Assembly (NCBI GenBank): GCA_047602425.1
Contig: JASGHG010000001.1
Span: forward strand, 3,232,001 to 3,296,000
Length of the DNA stretch: 64,000 nucleotides
Source: Nibricoccus sp.
GTDB lineage: Bacteria; Verrucomicrobiota; Verrucomicrobiia; Opitutales; Opitutaceae
Reading direction: 5' to 3'
The notes under the pieces are model-generated. The model saw nothing but the letters and a program-made list of their open reading frames with translations, made no database searches and was not told the origin of the DNA. Position numbers and translations under genes: made by a program. The first letter of the stretch is position 1. The number at the start of each line of letters is the position of its first letter. Positions 51,363-59,112 of this stretch are shown in pieces.

Positions 51363-53117
51363 ATGGCGGTATCCCTCTCAGTCTGGAAAAAACTTACGTT
51401 CGGCTTGGTTGTCTCGATTTTTGTCGTGGGTATCGGGTTCGGCCTGCTGGAGGCCGGCCTGCGGCTTGCGGGCTTCGGTCATAGTACGTCTTTTTTTCGG
51501 CAGGAGCGCGATGCGCAAGGCGTGCGTTGGTGGCGGGAGAATCGCTGGGTGACGGCGCCATATTTTCCCCCGGAGTTGATTCGTCGTCCGCAGTCGATTC
51601 GCTTGCCGGTCGAAAAAGCGCCGAACGCGTATCGCATCTTTGTGCTCGGCAGTTCGGCCGCCATGGGCGATCCGGAGCCGGCGTTTTCGCTCGCGCGTCA
51701 ACTGGATGTACTGCTGAGGGAGGCGTATCCAGAAATTCACTTCGAAGTCGTCAACGCGGGCATCACTGCGATCAATTCCCACGTCGTGCGTGCGTTGGCG
51801 TCCGATTGCGCAAAGCTCCAGCCAGACCTTTTTATCGTTTACGAAGGGAACAATGAGGTGATCGGCCCCTACGGTCCTGGCACAGTGTTTAGCCCCTTTC
51901 TAGGATCGTCATCGGCCATTCGCGCTGGACGGATCATCAAGGCTACGCGCACAGGTCAGTTGCTGGCGAAATTAGCGCGAACGCTCGGTTCGTCAAAAAA
52001 GACTCTCGATGACTGGGGCGGCATGCAGATGTTTTTGAAAAACGAGATCGACCGCGACGATCCCCGGCTGGTCACAACGCAAACTTTGTTTCGCGAGAAT
52101 TTACTGGCCATCGCCGAAGCAGGCCGGCGTGCAGGTGCCGGCGTCTTCCTCTGTACGGTGCTGACAAACCAGAAGGACTTTGGGCCATTTGTCTCGCGAC
52201 ACCGCTCCGGTCTTTCGGAGGCGGATAAAAAAACTTGGCAGGTGCTGGTTGATTCGGGGGAGGAGGCGAAATTGCGCGAAGCACTGAAGATCGACGACCA
52301 TTTTGCTGAACTTCATTTTCGATTGGGCCGGCTTTGCCTCGAACAAAACCGTTTGGCTGAGGCCAAAACGTTTTTTCAAAATGCTCTCGATCTGGATGCA
52401 CTGCGGTTTCGCACGGATTCGCGATTGAACGAGGTGATCCGCAATTGTGGCACAGCGCCTGGCGTGACGCTTATCGATCTGGAGGCAGCTGCTTCACGCT
52501 CAACGTCGACGGGCGTTGTTGGCGACGATTTTTTATACGAGCATGTGCATCTCAATTTTCAGGGAACTTATCAGATGGCGCGGGTGCTATTCTCCCAGGT
52601 GTCGGACGAACTGGTTAAAACCGGTAAGATAAAAATGACGAAAGGCGAAGCCGAAGTGCTCACGGTTGCGGAGGTCCGGCAAAGACTGGCTTACACCACC
52701 TACGAACAGGCGATGATTTTGCGGGAAATGCAGGCACGCGTGGCACGGCCGCCATTCACGGCGCAGTCGGACAACGTCGCACGTCAGAAATTCTATGCTG
52801 AGCGGGCGACGCTCGCGGCAAAAATATTGTCGCGACCCGAAACGAAGGACGGCCTCGTGGCGGTCTACGAACATGCGCTGACCGTTCGTCCTGACGACTG
52901 GTTGCTGCGTCGCAACATCGGTATGGCTTACGTGGGATTGGGTTTGGCGGAACGCGCGTTGCCGTTGCTCGAAAAGTCCGTCGCAATTATTCCCGACGAC
53001 GCTGACAGCCTTTTTGCGCTCGGCATGGCACAGAGGCAACTTGGACAAAACGATGCCGCGGCGAAAACCTTCGCGAGTCTGCGCAAGTTGGAGCCACGTT
53101 ATCCGGGAGTGCCGTAA
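51363..53117 (+). CDS. Membrane-anchored SGNH/GDSL hydrolase with TPR repeats
   Basis: N-terminal TM; blocks VLGSS, NAG, YEGNNE and EHVH; one internal TPR and C-terminal TPRs. Confidence 0.85.
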   Translation: MAVSLSVWKKLTFGLVVSIFVVGIGFGLLEAGLRLAGFGHSTSFFRQERDAQGVRWWRENRWVTAPYFPPELIRRPQSIRLPVEKAPNAYRIFVLGSSAAMGDPEPAFSLARQLDVLLREAYPEIHFEVVNAGITAINSHVVRALASDCAKLQPDLFIVYEGNNEVIGPYGPGTVFSPFLGSSSAIRAGRIIKATRTGQLLAKLARTLGSSKKTLDDWGGMQMFLKNEIDRDDPRLVTTQTLFRENLLAIAEAGRRAGAGVFLCTVLTNQKDFGPFVSRHRSGLSEADKKTWQVLVDSGEEAKLREALKIDDHFAELHFRLGRLCLEQNRLAEAKTFFQNALDLDALRFRTDSRLNEVIRNCGTAPGVTLIDLEAAASRSTSTGVVGDDFLYEHVHLNFQGTYQMARVLFSQVSDELVKTGKIKMTKGEAEVLTVAEVRQRLAYTTYEQAMILREMQARVARPPFTAQSDNVARQKFYAERATLAAKILSRPETKDGLVAVYEHALTVRPDDWLLRRNIGMAYVGLGLAERALPLLEKSVAIIPDDADSLFALGMAQRQLGQNDAAAKTFASLRKLEPRYPGVP

Positions 53118-53133
53118 AAGTTGGGCGTTGGGC

Positions 53134-53390
53134 ATGCAGCACCTCCGTTCGTCGTCGCAGGATATCGTGCAGTGGGCACACGACGTTCTGAACTAGCCGC
53201 GCTATGTCCAGCGTTCGATACCGATCCTCATGCAATCGATACTGAACATCCTGCACTCGCCGCAGGACGTTCTGCGGCGGCTGCAGGATCTCCTGCAATA
53301 AGAACACTTCGTCCTGCAGTCGTCGCACGATGTTGTGTTCTCATTGCCGAACGTGCTGCAACGAGTCAGGACGTCCTGCAACGATTGCAA
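53134..53390. repeat. Degenerate 21-bp tandem repeat, 12 units, each with a palindromic core
   Basis: Units in register from 53134, e.g. TCGCAGGATATCGTGCAGTGG, CCGCAGGACGTTCTGCGGCGG, CTGCAGGATCTCCTGCAATAA; consensus core GCAGGACGTCCTGC. Confidence 0.8.
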
Positions 53391-53440
53391 CAGGCTGGCG
53401 AGCTTGGTGAATCCTACTGAATCGAAACCAAGGCGATGTC

Positions 53441-55123
53441 TTAGAACGCCTGTTTATAGCCGAAGACTAGAATGGCGACGGTGGCGGCGAGACAGGCGAT
53501 GGTGGCGATTTTCGCCCCGCGAGCATTGCGACGGTAAGGATTGTTGGGTTCGCCCGGCACTTGGACGTAGGCGAGGCTGGCGTGCTTGAATGTGAGCACA
53601 GTCAGGAAAATTTTCAGTGCGGCGCTTGCGATCAGGAAATAGAATTGGACCTGTCCGGCGCCTTCGGCCTTGCCCTGCAATGATCCAAGAATTTTTGAAT
53701 CGATTACAAAAATAACCAAGAGGCTCAGCATGGCGTAAATCGAAGCGCGTCCTGCGATACGCTGTGCATTTTGTTGTTGTGGATCGAGCCGTGCGGGATC
53801 GTCGGCGGTGATGGTGCAACCGTTTTCGTCAATATGATCGTCGGTGCCACGAGGGAAAGGTGCGCGCCAAGCTGCAATGACGGACGGCACCGAGGCGAAC
53901 ATCACGATGATGAAAAACCAGGAGAAACTGGCGTGTTCCGCCAACGGTCCGGAAATCATCGCGGTGGGCACCAGCATGAGATTCATCAGCGAAGTGGCGA
54001 AGGCGTAATGAGTCATTGAACAGCGACCAGGCGCGAGCTGTTGCATCATGTAGATCATATTGCCAACCATGCCGAAGCCATAACCGAACTTTTCAATAGA
54101 GACCATCGTGGCGATTGTCGCATAAGGCAGGCCATGTCCCGCGGCGGCATAATGACTGAGATAGACGAAAGTAAAATGGGGAACGTTGAGCGCGAGGCCG
54201 AGAATCCAAAGTGAACGTTTGAGGTTGAGCTTGCTGGCGAACCAGCCACCGATGAGTCCACCGACTATACTTGCAATGGTGCCGTAGATGGCGTCGATCT
54301 GGCTGGCCTGTCCAGCGCTGAGGCCGAGACCGCCGTTGTCGATGGAGCCTTGGAGAAAGAGCTGGCCTTCCATGAGAATCAGGCCTTCGCCGAAGCGGTA
54401 GAAAAACACAAAAGCGATCATTCCCCAGAATTCGCGCTTGTGGAAGAAGGTGGCTGCGCTGTGGCCAAATTCACGCCCAACTTGGGCCAATCCGCCCTCG
54501 GGTTTCTGTCCTGAACCACCAGACGGAAGGAAAAAATGATGGTAAAACGCTAGGGCGCCCATGGTGACGCCGCAGGTGAGCATGATATATTGCCAGAGGC
54601 GTTGTTCACTCCAGCCATGCGAGACCTTCATGCTATCGAGCACCGAGATGAGCAACCCGGTGGCGAGGACTTTGCCTAGAACCCAGAAGGCGCCTTGCAG
54701 ACCGGCGAAACGCGCTTGGGCAGGTTTGTCGAGTCCGTTGAGATATACACCGTCGGCGCAAATATCTTGGGTTGAGGAGGCAAAGGCGGCAACCCAGAGC
54801 AACGCGATACTCGTGCCAAAGAATCCCGGTCCCGTGATGGAAAGTGAGATGGCGGCGAAGAGCAGGCCGCAAAGCCATTCCATGGAGAGAACGAAGAATT
54901 TCTTCGTTTTATACATGTCGAGGAACGCCGCCCAGAAAGGCTTCGCCGACCAAGCCAAGCCGATGAAACCGACCGAAGTGGTGATCATGCCGTCGGAGTA
55001 CCCGAGCGATTTGTACATACGCACGGCGGTGCCGTTGATCACATTGTATGGAATGCCCATCGCGAGATAAAGCGTGGGGACCCAGAAGAGGGCGTGGTGA
55101 TAAAATTTCTTGGTTTCTGTCAT
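53441..55123 (-). CDS. AmpG-like MFS transporter with C-terminal membrane extension
   Basis: WVPTLYLAMGIPY, W..KPFWA, SSTQDICADGVY, FFYRFGE and HYAFATS. Confidence 0.87.
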   Translation of the reverse strand: MTETKKFYHHALFWVPTLYLAMGIPYNVINGTAVRMYKSLGYSDGMITTSVGFIGLAWSAKPFWAAFLDMYKTKKFFVLSMEWLCGLLFAAISLSITGPGFFGTSIALLWVAAFASSTQDICADGVYLNGLDKPAQARFAGLQGAFWVLGKVLATGLLISVLDSMKVSHGWSEQRLWQYIMLTCGVTMGALAFYHHFFLPSGGSGQKPEGGLAQVGREFGHSAATFFHKREFWGMIAFVFFYRFGEGLILMEGQLFLQGSIDNGGLGLSAGQASQIDAIYGTIASIVGGLIGGWFASKLNLKRSLWILGLALNVPHFTFVYLSHYAAAGHGLPYATIATMVSIEKFGYGFGMVGNMIYMMQQLAPGRCSMTHYAFATSLMNLMLVPTAMISGPLAEHASFSWFFIIVMFASVPSVIAAWRAPFPRGTDDHIDENGCTITADDPARLDPQQQNAQRIAGRASIYAMLSLLVIFVIDSKILGSLQGKAEGAGQVQFYFLIASAALKIFLTVLTFKHASLAYVQVPGEPNNPYRRNARGAKIATIACLAATVAILVFGYKQAF

Positions 55124-55160
55124 GGGAGGAGCTGGTGAAGGGAAAGGGGAGACGCGCTGT

Positions 55161-56504
55161 TCATAAAAGACGGTTCTCGGACATCACGCGGGCGTACCAA
55201 TGGGCGCTGAGCTTGGGCGTGCGTTTTTGCGTGGAGAAATCGACGTAAACGGTGCCGAACCTTCGCTCGTAACCTTCCTCCCACTCGAAGTTGTCGAGGA
55301 AGGACCAGAGGAAGTAGCCCTTGATCGGTGCGCCCAGGGCGATGGCGCCATGTAGTTCTCGTAAATGGTTGCGGAGGTATTCGCGCCGATGCAGGTCAAT
55401 GACTTCGTCGTTGACGGGCGGCGGGTCGTTGTAGCCCGTTCCATTTTCGGTGATATAGATCGCCTTGGTCTTGTAGAGTTCGCTGACGAAACGGGGAGCC
55501 CAGTGAATGGCTTGGGGGATGTTGTAGATCCAGGGGCTGTCGGCGCGCGGGTAACTGATGGGGAAAGGCAGCCGTTCTGGTTTTCCATGCTTGCCGGCGC
55601 GAACGAAGCAGCCGGTGTGGACGTTGAGGCCAAGAAAATCGGTGGGCAGGCTGATGAGGGCGAAATCGTGTTTCTCGAAACGAGGCGCTGCGGTGCCGGC
55701 ATCGCGCAAGTAGGAGAGCGCGTAACGACCCTGGTAGATTGGATCGAGCACGCGAATATTGTCGGCGACGAAGGCTTTTTTTGCAGCGGCGATGTCGCGT
55801 TCGGTTTCGGTGATCGGGACGGAAATGGTTGGATTGTCGGCGAGCCCTACGATGGATCCGCGGCGGCCGTGTTCGCGAACAGCACGCACGCCATGTCCGT
55901 GAGCAAGCAGAGCATGGTGAAAAGTCTGGTTTACCACGCGCTCGGATTCACTAACGCCCGGGGCTTTGTTTCCCACACCATAACCATAGGAGGTGAAACA
56001 AACGATTTCGTTGAGCGTGATCCAGTTTTTCACGCGATCGCCGAAGGTTTTCACGATCAGATCGGCATACGCGGCGAAGGCGTCGGTGGTTTTCCGCACA
56101 CGCCATCCGCCTTCGTCCTCAAGCGCCTGGGGCAGATCCCAGTGAAACATGGTAACCCAGGGCGTTATCCCCTGGGTGAGCATGGCATCAAAGAGTTGGT
56201 TATAAAAATCGAGGCCGGCGGGATTGATCTTGCCGCGTCCATCGGGCAGCAACCTGGGCCAGGCGAGCGACAGGCGGTAGTTTTTAACGCCGAGTTTTGC
56301 CATGAGGGCAAAGTCGTCGCGGAAGCGATGGTAATGATCGCACGCAATGTCGAGGTGATCGCTGTTGCGGATTTTTCCCGGCAGGCGTGCGAAGGTGTCC
56401 CAGATCGATGCCCCCTTGCCGTCCGTGAAGGAAGCTCCCTCGATTTGCGGTGCAGCCATGGCTACGCCCCAGACGAATTTTTTGGGGAAAACGAGGGAGC
56501 GCAT
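55161..56504 (-). CDS. Glycoside hydrolase family 1 (beta-glucosidase-like)
   Basis: FP..F.WG, QIEG, HWDLPQ, acid/base TLNE, nucleophile ITENG and WSFLDNFEW. Confidence 0.95.
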   Translation of the reverse strand: MRSLVFPKKFVWGVAMAAPQIEGASFTDGKGASIWDTFARLPGKIRNSDHLDIACDHYHRFRDDFALMAKLGVKNYRLSLAWPRLLPDGRGKINPAGLDFYNQLFDAMLTQGITPWVTMFHWDLPQALEDEGGWRVRKTTDAFAAYADLIVKTFGDRVKNWITLNEIVCFTSYGYGVGNKAPGVSESERVVNQTFHHALLAHGHGVRAVREHGRRGSIVGLADNPTISVPITETERDIAAAKKAFVADNIRVLDPIYQGRYALSYLRDAGTAAPRFEKHDFALISLPTDFLGLNVHTGCFVRAGKHGKPERLPFPISYPRADSPWIYNIPQAIHWAPRFVSELYKTKAIYITENGTGYNDPPPVNDEVIDLHRREYLRNHLRELHGAIALGAPIKGYFLWSFLDNFEWEEGYERRFGTVYVDFSTQKRTPKLSAHWYARVMSENRLL

Positions 56505-56645
56505 GGCGGAGGGGTGAGAGGCGAAGGGCTGTATCCAATTGTTCGATGCAGACCGGCGAGGCGGAAATACGCCGGTTTTCACGGCGTAACGACTGGATGC
56601 AAGGTCACGTTCGCGGGCGCATCGCACGCGGGCAACGGCCGCTGG

Positions 56646-56661
56646 ACGCTGACGTTAGAGT
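56646..56661. promoter_or_regulatory. Candidate LacI-type operator, copy 3, upstream of GH1
   Basis: Reverse complement ACTCTAACGTCAGCGT, about 140 bp before the GH1 start; overlaps the LacI stop codon. Confidence 0.6.
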
Positions 56662-57782
56662 GAAACGCCCTGCACGCGGGTGCGACGCACCGTTTTTTTC
56701 GGCACCGTGGCCCCATCGCGCCAATACCCCGGAACATAGGTTCCCGAAGGATTTTTAGGCGCGCCGCGTTGGTAGGTCTTAACAAGGACCTCGAGATGTT
56801 CCATCGCGCGCATGCCGACAAGCTTGTGATTTTGCACGATGCCGGCGACGTGCGGACGGTCGGTCGGAGCATCGAGCGAGGCAAAGGCGACGTCGCGCGG
56901 AATATGGAGGGGCGGATTGGTTGGAAAACGGATGCCCTCGGCCGTATGCCAGGAGGCTTCGCGAAAAAATTCGTTCCAATTTGTCATGATGACGTCGACG
57001 TCGTTTTCCCGGACCCAGGAAGCGAGGCGCGCGGCGATTTCGGCGACACTGGTGCGTTTAAACAGGAGAGGCGCAACGCATTCGGCGGCGGGCAACTCGG
57101 CCTGTTCCACGAGGACGCCCGTGCTAAAATTGTCGAGCAGTCGCGACTCGTCGTCGAGCGCCGTGGCGAGTCCGATGCGGCGGTAACCCAGTTGACGGAG
57201 CTTGCGCATGCAAAGACGTGCGGCCTGACACTGGTCGTTGGAAACGACGTCCATCTGTGGCAGCAGATGGTGCGACTCGATTTTCACCGTGCTGAAATTC
57301 TGCCAGTCGAGTTCGATGTCCTTTGTGGCGAGCGTGAAAGTGGAGAGCAGGACGCCGGTGATGCCACGGGAGGTGAGAATCGTGTTGAGGCGGTTTGGCG
57401 TGAGCCCGTTGGTGCCAAGATTAAATACCTCAAGCGACAGATGCTGTGGATCCGCGACGGCGCGAATACCCTCGTACACAAGTGGATGGTATGAAGAGCC
57501 GTTAAAGTACGGTGCGGAATTTGCATCGGCAACGAACGCGATCGACGCGACCTGTTTGGCGGCGTGCTTGCAGCAACGATGGTAGTTGAAGGCGTCTAGG
57601 AGCGGATCGCGGATGTATCCAATTTCCCTTACAGCATCGAGGATGCGCGTCCGTGTGGCCAGGGGAATGCTCGGATGGGAGCGGAGCGCGAGAGAAACCG
57701 TCGTCGGATGCACCCCGACGGCGACCGCGACATCATTCATCGTCGGATATTTCTTCAAGCCACTGGTGGGTCGACGGGTCAT
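56655..57782 (-). CDS. LacI-family transcriptional regulator
   Basis: TMNDVA...GVHPTTVSLALR...T..RI......GY HTH, LGYRRIGL and a PBP-type effector domain. Confidence 0.93.
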   Translation of the reverse strand: MTRRPTSGLKKYPTMNDVAVAVGVHPTTVSLALRSHPSIPLATRTRILDAVREIGYIRDPLLDAFNYHRCCKHAAKQVASIAFVADANSAPYFNGSSYHPLVYEGIRAVADPQHLSLEVFNLGTNGLTPNRLNTILTSRGITGVLLSTFTLATKDIELDWQNFSTVKIESHHLLPQMDVVSNDQCQAARLCMRKLRQLGYRRIGLATALDDESRLLDNFSTGVLVEQAELPAAECVAPLLFKRTSVAEIAARLASWVRENDVDVIMTNWNEFFREASWHTAEGIRFPTNPPLHIPRDVAFASLDAPTDRPHVAGIVQNHKLVGMRAMEHLEVLVKTYQRGAPKNPSGTYVPGYWRDGATVPKKTVRRTRVQGVSL

Positions 57783-58837
57783 GAGGCGAGGGCAAGCTTC
57801 TTGAAGGGCGCGGATGCACCGTCCTGCCAGCGGCTGCGAACATAGGTACTGGAGGCGAATTCGGCGACGCCGCGGGTGCCTTGTTTCAACTGGCTGGTTA
57901 GCAGCGATACTGCTTTGACGCCGACCATGTGGAGATTGGGGTACACACCGGCGAGCGCGGGGTTTTCATCGAGCAGACAGATACAGGCGCAGGCAATGTC
58001 CCTCGGCACGCGAAGGCCGGCGCGCTCTAGAAGGAGGTCAATGCTGGTCCAATTGCAGAGCACTGCGTCGATCCGATTTTTCCGAACCCATTGGCCGACG
58101 AGCCGGACGACTTCCTCGAAGGGGCTTTGGTGTGGAAACAATAGTTCTGGAATGTGATCGCCCGGCGGAATGGACGCGCGCTCGATGAGATAACCGGCGG
58201 TATGGCGGAATTGCGTGCTTTCCTCGTCAGCCCGGCCGACGGCCAGACCAATGCGTCGATAACCGCGGGCATACATTTCGCGAAAGGCGATGCGCACATC
58301 TTGTCGTTGATCGTTGGATACGCTGGTGGTGTGCGGCTCCATGTGGAGCGAATTGATTTTCACCACGGCATAGTCGTTCCAGTCGAGTTTGAGTTCAGCC
58401 AGGCCGGGTTCGAAACCGGCGATGATGATGCCCGTGATATTTTGGCCCTTCAAATAACGCGCCAGCGTCTTCGAATCGTGATGACCCTTGCTGACGGAAA
58501 TAAGTTCCAACTCGTAACCGAGCATCTCGGCCTGTTCCTTGGCGCCATTCCAGAAGGCCTGCTCGTGGCGAAACTGCTCGATCGGATGATTGATCAGATA
58601 TGCGACGCGTGGCGGGGTGGCCCGGACCCGGCCATGGACGCGGAAATGGGTGAGCGCGCTGAAAACGGGATTGGGCGAATAGCCGATGTTTCTGGCGATT
58701 AGTTCGATACGTTCGCGGGTGGTAAGCGGGATGCTCGGGTGATGGCGCAGGGCCAGTGAAACCGTGGTGAAATGCACACCGGCGGTGCGGGCCACGTCTT
58801 TAATCGTCACACGAGGTTGTCGTTCGGCGATGGGCAT
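57779..58837 (-). CDS. LacI-family transcriptional regulator
   Basis: TIKDVAR.AGVHFTTVSLALR...GYSPN, GYRRIGL and GLRVPRDI. Start 58837 inferred. Confidence 0.94.
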   Translation of the reverse strand: MPIAERQPRVTIKDVARTAGVHFTTVSLALRHHPSIPLTTRERIELIARNIGYSPNPVFSALTHFRVHGRVRATPPRVAYLINHPIEQFRHEQAFWNGAKEQAEMLGYELELISVSKGHHDSKTLARYLKGQNITGIIIAGFEPGLAELKLDWNDYAVVKINSLHMEPHTTSVSNDQRQDVRIAFREMYARGYRRIGLAVGRADEESTQFRHTAGYLIERASIPPGDHIPELLFPHQSPFEEVVRLVGQWVRKNRIDAVLCNWTSIDLLLERAGLRVPRDIACACICLLDENPALAGVYPNLHMVGVKAVSLLTSQLKQGTRGVAEFASSTYVRSRWQDGASAPFKKLALAS

Positions 58838-58936
58838 CGGGGGAGGGGCGAAAGTTAAAAGTGATGCTCGCGGCAGCCGGAATTCGCGTGCAGCAGGCAA
58901 CGTGCACGGCTTTGTTGCGGAAACAAACCGCTTGGG

Positions 58937-58965
58937 ACTCTTACGTTAGAGTAAATTGCTGTCAA
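58937..58965 (-). promoter_or_regulatory. Sigma70-like promoter of the lacI pair overlapped by operator copy 4
   Basis: Minus strand reads TTGACA-GCAATTT-ACTCTAACGTAAGAGT; the palindrome (58937-58952) covers the spacer and -10 position. Confidence 0.65.
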
Positions 58966-59112
58966 CCTGCCTGCGGATCGGCGTTCCTTGCGAGCGGTGA
59001 ACCAGGTTGGTCATCCGCGACTTACGCTCGCCGTCCCTGCTTTTTTGGACGCGTTCGTTCTGGCGTTTGCGCCGGCCCGGCATTTTATCGAGTCAACCTT
59101 TTGGAGGACTCC

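Noticed and set aside
48922..53117. Saxitoxin biosynthesis cluster
   Set aside because: Only I/J/K/L-like genes are present; no sxtA, sxtG or other core genes are in the window.
53134..53390. CRISPR array
   Set aside because: Units are contiguous and degenerate, with no unique spacers and no cas genes in the window.
52987..53420. Short ORFs across the 21-bp repeat (52987-53328, 53121-53420, 53202-53390)
   Set aside because: They are by-products of the repeat; the heptad frames contain stops and a frameshift, and one overlaps the SGNH gene antisense.
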